Part shown: positions 37,222 to 48,400 of the stretch, piece by piece
Position numbering within the stretch: position 1 is the stretch's first letter
Layout: the number at the start of each line of letters is the position of its first letter
DNA from: a virus
Length of the DNA: 64,000 bases
Strand: one strand, 5' to 3'
IMG/VR virus record: IMGVR_UViG_3300025141_012314
Location: 1 to 64,000 of that record
The notes under the pieces: generated by a model
Seen by the model: the letters and a program-made list of their open reading frames with translations, nothing else
Databases searched by the model: none
What the model was told of the DNA's origin: nothing
Position numbers and translations under genes: made by a program

Positions 37222-37619
37222 TGCAAAACAAAACCACCATATGGACGAACGGCTGTTTTGACGTGCTCCACCGCGGACACTTTGAGATGCTTAAGTATGC
37301 GAAGTCTTTAGGAGACTATTTAATTGTGGGCATAGACACTGATGAGAAAGTTAAGAAGGATAAGGGACAGAACAGACCTTACAACCATCAGAATGATCGA
37401 AAGTTTGCGCTTGAATCAATAAGATATGTTGACGAGGTAATACTTTTTAATTCATCAAATGAATTAAAAAACTTGATAAAAGTGTTGAAACCGGATATAA
37501 TGGTTATAGGTTCTGATTGGAAAGGAAAAACAGTTGTGGGACAAGAGTTTTCAACTGTAAAGTTTTTTGATAGGATTGGTGATTATTCAACCACAAACAT
37601 TTTGGAGAACAAGGGATGA
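37221..37619 (+). CDS. Nucleotidyltransferase, HldE/RfaE domain II-like
   Basis: TNGCFDVLHRGH, KG..RP, GSDW, YSTT. Confidence 0.85.
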   Translation: MQNKTTIWTNGCFDVLHRGHFEMLKYAKSLGDYLIVGIDTDEKVKKDKGQNRPYNHQNDRKFALESIRYVDEVILFNSSNELKNLIKVLKPDIMVIGSDWKGKTVVGQEFSTVKFFDRIGDYSTTNILENKG

Positions 37620-37957
37620 CATATGTATTTGATATCGATGGAACAATTTGTACGAAAGCAGCTGACTATGACTACGAGAGTTCAGAACCAATACAAGAAA
37701 GGATAGATTATATTAATAGATTATTCGACTCTGGGCACGTTATAATTTTTCAAACAGCCAGAGGTATGGGAAGAAGTAGAAACTCTGCTGCGTACGCCAA
37801 CGCAGCATTTTATATTATGACCCAAGAACAGCTTAAGAGTTGGGGTGTGAGATATCACGATTTATTTTTAGGCAAACCCGCCGGCGATATTTATATCGAC
37901 GATAAAGGTGTTAGAGATACGGATTTTTTTGATAATTTAGGAGCAGAGGCTAAATGA
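37616..37957 (+). CDS. Small HAD phosphatase (capsule-biosynthesis type)
   Basis: FDIDGT, TARG, GKP..D.YIDDK. Confidence 0.85.
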   Translation: MTYVFDIDGTICTKAADYDYESSEPIQERIDYINRLFDSGHVIIFQTARGMGRSRNSAAYANAAFYIMTQEQLKSWGVRYHDLFLGKPAGDIYIDDKGVRDTDFFDNLGAEAK

Positions 37958-38322
37958 GTAAACCCACACATGAATTATCAATGTTCCACGTCGATAAAGG
38001 CTGGGGCTGGGAACGTTGGATCGTAAACACCGAAGAATATTGCGGCAAACTATTGTTTTTCAACAAGTCCAAGCGCTGTTCATGGCACTACCACAAGCTA
38101 AAAGATGAGGTTTTTTATCTACAGTCCGGAAAAATGATGATTTATTTTTCTGACAGCGATGAACTTGAAAACGCCAGCCAACTCATCTTAAACCCCGGCG
38201 ATAACTTTCATGTTTATCGAGGGCTGCGCCACCAAATGGTAGCGCTGGAGGACTCGGAGCTATTCGAGTTTTCAACACAACATTTTGACTCTGATTCCTA
38301 CAGAGTAATCAAAGGAGATTAA
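37954..38322 (+). CDS. Cupin-fold sugar isomerase-like protein
   Basis: KGWG.E, S.HYH..KDE.FY, H.M.A, EFST. Confidence 0.8.
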   Translation: MSKPTHELSMFHVDKGWGWERWIVNTEEYCGKLLFFNKSKRCSWHYHKLKDEVFYLQSGKMMIYFSDSDELENASQLILNPGDNFHVYRGLRHQMVALEDSELFEFSTQHFDSDSYRVIKGD

Positions 38323-38327
38323 TTATT

Positions 38328-38546
38328 ATGGAAACCAAAAAACTGCAGCTATCTAACCAAGCCCTAGGGGCTATCATGATGGCATTACAAGAATCGCTTC
38401 TCAATGAGTTAGATATTGTGCCTATCCTCCGCGGATTTGAATTAACAGATACCAATGAAGGACTTGTTGTTGAAAATCCACCAACCGTTCGCGTAACGAA
38501 CAATGAGGCGATCACTAACGAAACTCTTGAAGGGCTTGTTAAATAA
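38328..38546 (+). CDS. Hypothetical protein
   Basis: AAGGAG SD; 72 aa. Confidence 0.7.
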   Translation: METKKLQLSNQALGAIMMALQESLLNELDIVPILRGFELTDTNEGLVVENPPTVRVTNNEAITNETLEGLVK

Positions 38547-38815
38547 TGCCTCGCTACCGATATAAATGTCGGGAATGTGAACAAGAGCAAATTATCTTTC
38601 ATAAGATAGAAGAAGCCCCCACTGAGTGTACTAAGTGTGCTAAAGTGGGTGCTCTAGATAAAATGCTTACCACACCATTTGTTAAGTCGCGATGTTTGGG
38701 AGAAGAGCAGGATCCCAATGTTGGTACCCTGACTCACGAATATATCGAAGCAAACCGAGATATATTAAAGAAACAACAAGAAGAACTAAAGAAGAAATCA
38801 CATGAGCCGTCTTGA
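38546..38815 (+). CDS. FmdB-family zinc-ribbon protein
   Basis: MPRY.YKCREC...CTKC. Confidence 0.8.
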   Translation: MPRYRYKCRECEQEQIIFHKIEEAPTECTKCAKVGALDKMLTTPFVKSRCLGEEQDPNVGTLTHEYIEANRDILKKQQEELKKKSHEPS

Positions 38816-39152
38816 AATAACACTATCAGTAATACTGACTTTATCTGTATTAATTAATATAGGCATTGGGCTCTATACACGTCTTTTAATCATCAATCTT
38901 CTGTCTGTATCAGAAGAGTTGGATGATCTGCAGATTATGGCTAAGGGTTTCTCATCTCATCTTAAATCCGTATATGAGTTAGAGACCTTTTATGGCGACG
39001 ATACTCTTAAGAGATTATTAGATCACGCAATTTCCTTCGACGAACAGATGAAAACATTTGAATTTATTATAAACCTTACGGAAGAAGACCAAGAAACAGA
39101 TGACGACTACACCGACGAATCAGAAGACCAGACGTACGCGGAAACCGAGTAA
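38802..39152 (+). CDS. Membrane protein (N-terminal TM + coiled coil)
   Basis: Hydrophobic N-terminal ~30 aa, acidic tail. Confidence 0.65.
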   Translation: MSRLEITLSVILTLSVLINIGIGLYTRLLIINLLSVSEELDDLQIMAKGFSSHLKSVYELETFYGDDTLKRLLDHAISFDEQMKTFEFIINLTEEDQETDDDYTDESEDQTYAETE

Positions 39153-39834
39153 GAGCAAAAAGTCCCGTAAAAACTACTATTTTACATCTGTGCACGAAGA
39201 CGCGATTATCGAATATGTCCAAACAGATTCAGCGCGCCGTAAAACAGAACTGTACATAAACTTTATACAACCAGCTTTTGACGAGATGGTTGATAAAATA
39301 GTCTTTACTTATAAGTTTACTAACTTGCCCAATATCGACAGTTTAAGAGAAGAGTGCAAGATTTGGCTTATAACAATATTAGATAAATATGACTCTTCGA
39401 AAGGCACAAAAGCTTTTTCATATTTTTCTGTGATTACAAAAAATTGGTTTATCCACAAAGTAAAACAACAGCAAAAAAGACAAAGAAGAGAAATAAATTA
39501 TAGTTCTATCCCAAAACACTATGAAGAGCAATTCTTATCAACCAATGAATCATATCTTTCAAAGCGCGTAGAGAGAGAATTTTGGACATCGTTCCATTGT
39601 GAAATGCAATCATGGGATGTAAATCTTATGAAAGAAAACGATCTTAAAGTTTATAAAGCTATCAACATCCTTTTTGAGTCGAAAGAGGACATCGATATCT
39701 TTAATAAAAAGGCTATTTATTTATATTTGCGAGAGATAACCGGGCTGAATACAAAACAAATTGTCAATTCGCTTAAGAAATTCAGGAAACGATATCATAA
39801 TTTTAAAGATGATTGGAACCACGGTAACCTGTAA
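39100..39834 (+). CDS. Phage sigma factor, T4 gp55 (late sigma)-like
   Basis: KNYYF, KYD..KG.KAFSYFS.I.KN.FI region-2-like pattern; precedes the structural genes. Confidence 0.65.
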   Translation: MTTTPTNQKTRRTRKPSKSKKSRKNYYFTSVHEDAIIEYVQTDSARRKTELYINFIQPAFDEMVDKIVFTYKFTNLPNIDSLREECKIWLITILDKYDSSKGTKAFSYFSVITKNWFIHKVKQQQKRQRREINYSSIPKHYEEQFLSTNESYLSKRVEREFWTSFHCEMQSWDVNLMKENDLKVYKAINILFESKEDIDIFNKKAIYLYLREITGLNTKQIVNSLKKFRKRYHNFKDDWNHGNL

Positions 39835-39848
39835 AATTGGTTATATTT

Positions 39849-39855
39849 CTATTTA
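39849..39855 (+). promoter_or_regulatory. Candidate late-promoter core CTATTTA
   Basis: Intergenic, before GGAGG and the ATG at 39880, at the start of the structural block. Confidence 0.4.
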
Positions 39856-39879
39856 AAGTATTGGAGGGAAAATATAATT

Positions 39880-40182
39880 ATGAGTAAGAAAGATTTAGAT
39901 ACGCTGATTGATGAAGCACTTGATAACATACGCTCCGATCGCCAAAGCGCCAAAGAGTTTCTTAACGAGATAGCGAACCACATTGCGAAGGACCCAGAAC
40001 AGAACAAGTATCTAAGCCCTGTCGCCGCGAAACATGTAGAAACAATGCAGCGTTCAAACGAGCAGTTGGTAAAGATTATAGGTATCCGACAGAAAGGACA
40101 GGCTAGTAAAATGTCCTTAAGCGATGAGGACAAAGATAGTATATTCGATTTGATTCAGGATAGCCCCACAGATGTCAACTAA
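39880..40182 (+). CDS. Hypothetical helical protein
   Basis: 100 aa, GGAGG SD. Confidence 0.7.
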   Translation: MSKKDLDTLIDEALDNIRSDRQSAKEFLNEIANHIAKDPEQNKYLSPVAAKHVETMQRSNEQLVKIIGIRQKGQASKMSLSDEDKDSIFDLIQDSPTDVN

Positions 40183-41524
40183 TGTATATGACTGGACTAC
40201 TGTAACTTCGCCATCTGAGGCTTTAGACTGGTTTAATAACTCAATCCGCAAGGCTGCAGAATACAACGTATTTGGAAACAAGACAGTTTTTGAAGCGATT
40301 GTTCTGGCAGACGCATACCCTTTGTCTGTGAGTGCTGCCGGTACCCCCGGGTACCCCCCACCCGCAGACGGTGATACGGGACCAACATGGGGAGTTAACA
40401 CGCGCTTTGCGTTTAAAGCTAGAATAGTTGGTAACCCATCACCACATGCGTTCCTTCCCGATCCTTGTGATCCACAGTATGAGACACAATCTTCATTTCT
40501 CAATACAAGCATTATTGATTCACATACAACGTTTATATCACAAGTGGGGTATTCTACTGATGCTGCCAAGCGTCCCAAAACAGGAGATATCGTGGAAGTT
40601 CGGCTAAGACCGGGCCAGAACGGATATGATCTGCAATATGGTAATTTTATAAAAGTACTAGACTCTTACCGCCATGGCGCAGAAGAAAACGTACGCCCAC
40701 AGTGCATGAGTATGGAGACTCTTTTTCGAAACTCTCCCGGCGGCGCCCCACCAGCAACCCCACCCGCAACTTCTACCCCGCGCTTCATAACTTGGGAGTC
40801 ACTCACGTGGCAAGTCGCGCCTTTACGCAATTTGCTGGCTTTTATCGCTTCCGGCGAAGGGGGATATACCTCTGTCAACCGCGGACAAGCCGGCGACTCC
40901 CCCGGGGTTTGGAGCGATTATACCGACGCCGCAGCAGTCCAAACTTTTAACGAAATCGTCGTTGACAGCCCCACCCACAACCCGGGTGGCGCCCGCTATT
41001 CTACTCTTCGCCAGTCCATGGCTCTCACCGCACTCCCGCTCCTATTTATCCAGGGGATCCAAAGAAACGGCGCATTCGCCTCGCTTGTTTCCAACGCGAA
41101 TGTGCCGGGATCCCCAAATACCGTTCAAAACAAACAAGGCTTTCTAGCAGTCGGACAATACCAGATAATACCAGACACACTGTCTATGATTCTTGGGTGG
41201 GTTGACATTCCCATGTATGAATTATACAGCACTACCAATCAAGATAAACTTGCCGCTGCTCTGCTTCTAAAAAATCACCCCTCATTGGGAAGTTATTTGA
41301 TGGGGACTTACGAGCATGTTGAACATGCTGCACAAGATTTAGCAAAAATCTGGGCTTCAGTACCTCTTCAGTGGGCCGAATCATATAACGGCGCTCGGTG
41401 CGAGCGCGGACAAAGTAAGTATTGTTCAGTGGGAGGAAATAGATCATTTCATACTCCGGAACAAACAATTGCAAAACTAGAAGAGGCAAGACGCCTCATG
41501 GCTGCAGCAATTCAGAATACCTAG
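40172..41524 (+). CDS. Baseplate hub (gp5 N-terminal-like) protein with C-terminal lysozyme-like (GH104/lambda R-type) domain
   Basis: P..GDIVEV motif, Pro-rich linker, then LL.FIA.GE, AVGQYQI, QDKLA, LA..WAS.P. Confidence 0.65.
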   Translation: MSTNVYDWTTVTSPSEALDWFNNSIRKAAEYNVFGNKTVFEAIVLADAYPLSVSAAGTPGYPPPADGDTGPTWGVNTRFAFKARIVGNPSPHAFLPDPCDPQYETQSSFLNTSIIDSHTTFISQVGYSTDAAKRPKTGDIVEVRLRPGQNGYDLQYGNFIKVLDSYRHGAEENVRPQCMSMETLFRNSPGGAPPATPPATSTPRFITWESLTWQVAPLRNLLAFIASGEGGYTSVNRGQAGDSPGVWSDYTDAAAVQTFNEIVVDSPTHNPGGARYSTLRQSMALTALPLLFIQGIQRNGAFASLVSNANVPGSPNTVQNKQGFLAVGQYQIIPDTLSMILGWVDIPMYELYSTTNQDKLAAALLLKNHPSLGSYLMGTYEHVEHAAQDLAKIWASVPLQWAESYNGARCERGQSKYCSVGGNRSFHTPEQTIAKLEEARRLMAAAIQNT

Positions 41525-41536
41525 GAGAATTAAAAT

Positions 41537-42472
41537 ATGTCAATTGACGCCGAAGCATGGCTTAGAAAACTCGAAAACAATAAACCAACAAGCACCCCTT
41601 CTAACAGCCCCTTCTTTCATTCAGATGTTAATCCCGCAGGTCCAATTTTCATTCCTTCGAAAGCGGAGAAAATTGTTGGACAAGGAAACTCACAAATTGT
41701 ATTTGGTAGAGATCGTTCGGGAAATCTTGCGTCCGGACAGGGGGCATTCTTAGAATCACCCACGATTGACATTGTGGTTGGTAGAGGTGCCTCATCTCCG
41801 GATGGCGCCACCGGAACATTAGTGCACAATAACTTCTTCGCAGACGCAGCGAGAATATATGTTAGCGAGAACACCCGCGCAGATAGGAATTTTGATTTAG
41901 CTCTAGGGAGCATCGGGCATATGTCCCCCACAGGCTGCTCTGCTATAGTCTTGAAAGCTGATAACACGCGCATTATTGGACGCGGCGGAGTAAAAATAAT
42001 CACAGGTAAAGCCCCTCGCGTTGCTGGCTTTGGTAACACTGGCGAGACCTTATCAACAGGAGAATCAATACTCCCAGCCCCTCCGATTGATTTAATCGCT
42101 GGCAACTATACCGGCATCCAAACAGTTAAAGGTCCACTAGGGATCGGAACACAAGAGATTCCAGCACTACAACCCGTTATAAGAGGAAAGAATCTAGAAC
42201 ATGGATTGAAGGAGTTGATTGGGATCGTGGGAGAACTCTGGAGCGCCGTGTTTAACTTGAGTCTGATTCAGACAGGGTTCAACGGAGTTATTGGAGTCGA
42301 CCCTTGGCGTCCATGGGTCGCCGCAGCAGCAGCCCCTGTGACAACACAGCAATTAACAAGTGTTATAAACAGTTTATATCATACTAAGGCTAATGCAATA
42401 GTTTGGGAAACAAACTATTTATCTCGCGCAGGGTACAAATATATTTGCAGTCCCAACGTTAACGCGACATAG
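41537..42472 (+). CDS. Putative baseplate spike / gp5 C-terminal-like protein
   Basis: Beta-rich, IVFGRDR, IDIVVGR, ARIY; lies between the hub and wedge genes; AGGAG SD. Confidence 0.5.
   Translation: MSIDAEAWLRKLENNKPTSTPSNSPFFHSDVNPAGPIFIPSKAEKIVGQGNSQIVFGRDRSGNLASGQGAFLESPTIDIVVGRGASSPDGATGTLVHNNFFADAARIYVSENTRADRNFDLALGSIGHMSPTGCSAIVLKADNTRIIGRGGVKIITGKAPRVAGFGNTGETLSTGESILPAPPIDLIAGNYTGIQTVKGPLGIGTQEIPALQPVIRGKNLEHGLKELIGIVGELWSAVFNLSLIQTGFNGVIGVDPWRPWVAAAAAPVTTQQLTSVINSLYHTKANAIVWETNYLSRAGYKYICSPNVNAT
42414..42422 (+). promoter_or_regulatory. Candidate late-promoter motif ACTATTTAT
   Basis: ~58 nt before the ATG of the 2131-aa gene, inside the 3' end of the upstream ORF. Confidence 0.4.
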
Positions 42473-42479
42473 GAGAGTC

Positions 42480-45400
42480 ATGTCTGAATCAAAGTTTATT
42501 AAATGGCAAGATAGAGACAACGATGGGTTAATTGACGTTTGCGAAGATGTTATAGTAGATGTCCAAGAGTCCTGTTCGGTTTGCAAGCCAGATCCATCAG
42601 CAAGCATCCCTAATTGGAAAGATCTCACAATAGATGAACCTTTCTTAAACGGACAAAACTGCACATACCAGATTACGGTAAAGACTTCCCTTACAACTAC
42701 GGGTGCCCCAGAAGGATCTTCTGATCAAGAGCATACTGACGCCCTCACTGCAACTTATGAGCTATACGCAACAGATGCGATTAAATCATTACTGGCAGTT
42801 TACGAGAAAGAGAACTCTGCGGAAACACGAGATTTTGCTAGCAAAGGATTATATGCATCTAACTTTGATCTAGCCCCTTATCCCGGCTCAAGACTCAAAC
42901 TACAATATTCAATTCCAACGATCGTTTTAGATTCGATTGCCGCGAGAACAGATACATCTGATGACGAGGAAGAGGAAGAAACAGAAAACACCGGTGGTGG
43001 CTCAGTAACATATAATACCACAGAAATATATAATAAAGTAATGACCGTCAGAAAGTCCCTATGGTTATATAACAATTATCTTAAGATTTATAGGTTTGTT
43101 GAAAACGGAAACCTATTCTTTGTCGATTCAAATAGATTATTTGAATTGGGCAGCTATGGAGATTCGGGCTTCGGCGATTCTCTTATGGCAGATATCCTGC
43201 CTCAATTAGAGTCCTTCCTTAATACGAAAGATTTTAAGATACCGGGCATCGGCTGGCCTGGCTTTCAAAATGTGGTTGAGAAGTTATCATTCGTATTTGA
43301 TGGTGAAAACAAGTTGACTAAACTTGAGGTTTTCACAGCCGGCTGCGGTGACAATGCTAGAGTTTTTGAAGGCACTCGATTGCGTTCCCTAAATAGCAAA
43401 TCATCTTTTAAAGATCCGACTGCTATGGGTTATTTCATGAATATGGATAAAATGGAACAAGATCTTAAAGCAAGAGTTCCAAAGTACTGGTTAGACTTCA
43501 TCTTAGAATACACATACCCAGTAGTATATTCCCCAATAGAATCAACAAGCACTCTCCCGGGACAAGTAGAGTCTAGATATGAAACATCACAAACCATCAC
43601 AAGCTGTGTCAAAGACGCATTAATATCCGAAGGAAAAGAACTAGGACAAGATCTTCTTGACGAGACTTTCGGAATTGCTGATGCAATAATGTATAAGTTT
43701 CATCGAAACCTATGTTACAAAGACTCGGAGAAATTAGACGAAGAGCTACAAAAACTTGGATTATTTGAGTATGCTGATCCAAACAACCCAGATACTGAAG
43801 AGTTTAGAGAAAATCTATTCGCAGTCGCTCAAGCACGTGCCTATGGGTCTCTAGAGAAAAACGGCGATGGCAGCATATGCGCCATTTTCTCCTCCCGAGA
43901 CAGTAACAAACCAGAGGGTACATCTGCCGACACGCTTGACGATATGTACAACAAGCTCGACAGGATAAAAGCATGCGGTCTATCTTCGATGCTGATGTCT
44001 GCAATTCAATGCCTCTTTAAGGGGATGACGTTAGAGCAGGCACTGTCAAAAGTCACACTAGCCGCCTTAGAAGCAATGGACCCCACAGACCTATCGTCGT
44101 TGTTCATTCTGCTGCCCCCGGACAAACAAGCTCAAATTGAACAGCTTGTAAGAAAAAGACTAGCATCAGGCGATCTATTTTCTGATAATGGTGCCTCTCA
44201 ACAGTTTAGCGATGTCATGGCCGGCAAAGAAGACGCATATATTACTGATTCAAGCCAGCCTGAAGAGTTTGGAGAAGAGGATACTTTTCAAACCCCCGTC
44301 CTTGCCACTGATGATGTAAGCCTCGCTGTAGCTACCGAAAATCTATCAGCTGAAGCCTCTGGAAGAGGGCAAAGCCAGCGACAAGTTCGAACATTAGCAC
44401 AAAAGTTCTCTCTATCCGGACAACTCTCCGGAGGCTTTGGTAATAAATCGGTTGTAGGAGCATATGTACACGCCATAATAGAAGTATATCAGGATAATTA
44501 TCTGGCACTAATCGACTACCTAAACAAGTTCCCGGGCGCCGATATTATCGCGAAAGTTATAGCAACACTAGATTGCCCCGTTCCGCCTTTCTTGGGCGCA
44601 GAAGGCGGACTTGAAATAATCAAAGAAGAAGACCTTCCCTCGTGTTTAAGCATCGACGGGATAACCCTACCAAAACTAAAGAATCCATTTGGATGGTTGC
44701 CAAAACGCCACGATCTACTCGCTGCATTGCAAGCTGCAGCCATTGAGGCGATTAACGAAGCAATTCTGAGAATGATTCAGAACGTTCTCCTTAGAGCTTG
44801 CAAGACTTTGAGCAGCGCTGCATGTAAAACTGTTGAGATAGCAACAGACGTTGCGCAAGCTGCATTCACCGAAGCTACTTTTGGAGACCTTCTTCAAGAA
44901 ACAATTTGCGGTGGTGATGGGGGTGCCCATAGTGATGAAGTTTCAAGTTCGGATCAGGCAGTGATTGACGTTCTCGGCGCCTTGGGTCCCGGCGCAGTAG
45001 CATTAGCGGATGAGCAGCAAGCCTTGAACTTTAGCCACGACCTGTCGATGTCGACCACCCGCACAGAGTTGAGCGAGGCTACGTTGGGCAACCCGTCGGA
45101 CACCCTTTTAGAAATTGTGTTAAACTTAGTCAAATATGAATATCCCGAGTATGACCCGGCCTTTAACAACAAGCAATCGATAGCTGCTTTCTTTAAAAAT
45201 GTTGGAAGTTTGATGCCCATGTCTGCGCGCAAACAGCTAAGAGATCATCTGAACACATTACCAGAGGATGATCAGGTTCCCGCAAACCCTTGCGCATGCG
45301 CAACTCCTGAGCAATTTGAAGATTTTTGTAATCGTCGAACCGCGATTCTCAACGGCAGAGCCAGTCAAGTTCAGATCTCACACATGTGTGAAGTAGAGGA

Positions 45401-48400
45401 CGAACTAGGTCCTCTTGCACAAGCTCTACAATCGGGACCTTTTTCAGATATACCACTTATGGGTTCTCCCGGTTGCGAAGATGGGTTGCTCCCATTCGAG
45501 CCTAAAGAAGCAGTAGCGGTGTCTACTGCGGTCCTCGATACTCATCTTAAACAGATAAAGACAGACTTCACACAAGATATGTTGGGTTCGGGTCCCTTCT
45601 TTGAATCAGATTGGGGATTGCTAAATATGGTTCTCTCTGATACTCTGGGGAACCCTTTAAGTACCCACAATAGGAAGAAGAAGTGGGACATCGGAAGAAA
45701 ACAATACGTTGATTATTATGTAGAATCCCCGGGTTGGTTTTGGAATACCTATGATGACGCTAGCGATCAAAAAGGCGGATACCCAGTTAAGGTAGCCGAA
45801 CGTCTTCAAGAACAGATGGCTGGTTCTGCGGTTGTCTACAACTCTAATAACGAAATCGCACCGGAAACAACTTTTACGAGATCATTTGATTCGCTGAATA
45901 TTGGACAAGGCCGCAACTGGTTCGACACAGACATAAATCTCACAGAACTGCCAGACTTTGGTTATGACATCGACATAGAGGTTGATTGGTCGAATGAAGA
46001 TATTAAGTTAATAAAGAGTGCAAGAAAGAAGAGCCCGGACGTGGTTCTGAAATATTATAATCACTTGGAAGGATACGGCTCCCTTATGGACCAAGATTCC
46101 TCTGTTGATTGGGCAGCTTCCCCAGAAAATCGATGGAACTTCGCATTTGACTTAGAGGTATATACAGCCGAAATGACTGATTCAGATGTTCAAGTATCTG
46201 CCCGAGCCCGTCTTGGTCCGTTTGGTCGAGTTTTTGAATCGGGGTTGTCCGGGCCAAGAAACAGACCCGGAGATATCACAAGAATTAAACTAGTAGAATA
46301 TAACAAAGTTACCGATGAGTCCGCTGCAGCAAACGCTCAGTATAGTGAATCTGGAGGTAGCGAAACAGAAGCTGGTGATACACTCCCTCCAAACATGATC
46401 ACGGATGAAAGCGCCGTTAGTGAAACAGTCGCGTTTGAGTTTGCTGCATCCGACGACTCTTTTAAGGGCGTTAGCTTGCTTAAATACCCCAAACTAGTAG
46501 GAGCTTTCACACACGAAAGTGCTTACGCACCACAGGTAGTTTTGCTGCATGAAATGATGGAGAAAAATGGGCAAGAGATTTCAATCGATGACGTAAAATC
46601 ATTTTATGATAAGAGCACTTCAGAGATGTATAACTCGTTATTGCAAACGGTTTCTGATGACAAAAACAGCGCATGGAAATATGGTGCTGAGTGGGATAAT
46701 ATAACTTCCGCTGATTTGGAATATGTTCTCGATGAGTCGACTGGCTCACCTAAATCTTATTACGATTCTGACTATAAGGAAGAAGACGGAGTATTGGGAA
46801 TAAGTGGGTATCAGTGGCAAATGAAATACAACGGAAGACCGGGACCAAACCGGGTTTATTACCTTCCTCCTGCTAAATTTGGTGGCTCTTATATGAGCCC
46901 TCCCATCTATATCGCGCCGGTACAAAATAAAGGCTGGCTTGGGTTCCTCGATGTATTATTTCCGGAACCTAGTTCATGTAAACCATCCAAGCAGGAGTTG
47001 GTGGACTTTGTTGATATCCAAGAAAACATGTCGAAGACATACCCCTACATCCCAGAAGATGAGAGGCTGAGAGGAAACACAGATTGTGCGCTTGAGCTTC
47101 CATATAATCGAATAATGGAACGCCCAGCAATTTCTGGTATGGAAGCACTTATAACTGCGACAATCAGGATCTATGCGACTACTCACTTTATAAAGACCCT
47201 AGCAACGTTTGCAACTATTAAGCCAGACTTTGATCAGAACTATAGCAATATTTTCGCTGCTTATGTTGTTGAAGATATGGAATATTCATTAAAAGATGCA
47301 CAGACTGCTTTTTGGGAGTTCTTTACTTTATTTAAAGATGAAGAATTCTGGTTTGCCTTCTTGGAACAAAGTGTGCAAGCATATTCCAGAAGGATCGATA
47401 GCGACGAAACTACAGAACCTGCGCCGGCGGTACTAGCTGCCTTTGAGAGGATTAACGATTACCAAGCGAATTACAAATACCCCACACAAAAAGATTTAGA
47501 CAACGCCCCTGATGGCGAAACAGGTTGGACAACTACCCTAAGCAGCTATCGCGAAGAGAAAAACTTTGAGGCTATCCGCGACACAGAAGAGGATGCCAAG
47601 ATTATTCTTGCCGAGATGGTAAAAGAGCAGTTAAATATAATTGGCGAGAGCTTGGTGAATAACTTTGATATCATTGGGGTTGAGCCAGAGATAAACGACT
47701 TGGCACTCTATATGATTGAGCAGTTTGCTGATGGCGGCATAGATCTTAATGTAGATCAAAAAGAAATTGTGGAACAAATGCCCTCCTTCCCAACAGAGGG
47801 TGATGGGCACTACACTAATGGTGGCGAGTTTGTAACAGAAAATGCAGAAGATTATCAAGGTTATTATCACGTTGAAACTGATGCTGACAATAAAATAATT
47901 TATGTGGAAGGAGAATATCCCTCCTCGGAAACAAACAAAGTCTTAAAGCCTATGGCTGACAGAATGGTTGTAGAGATAGGGGATATACAAGATTATGATT
48001 TCACTGCCACCGGCACCAAACCGTTTGTAATAGAAAAGTATACCAGCATTAACGGAGAAAAGTATTCGACGCGCGCCGCCATGGAAATTATAAAGACAAA
48101 CGTTAGTACGTTAAACGTCTCTGATGTTTATCCTGGCACGCTAGATTTGGTAACTGATGATAGCGGAGAAGTTGTGGGACTGCAGGGGGAACTTGGTGTT
48201 CGCCACGGACTCCAGTTTTCAGTATTTATGTCGGGCAAGAAATATCCGGTAGCTGCCACCGAAGTTGATATGTTAGACACCACAATTGAGAACGCGCAAT
48301 CTTTAGACGGCGATACTAAGCTTCTTCTGTGCCTTCTCCGACAGCTGAAATCTGAGGAAGAGTTCAAGCTCCTATATCAATATATCTACGGAGTGCCGAA

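Noticed and set aside
17256-38322. Bacterial chromosomal O-antigen/capsule locus
   Set aside because: No transport or polymerase genes, and it is contiguous and co-oriented with phage sigma and baseplate genes.
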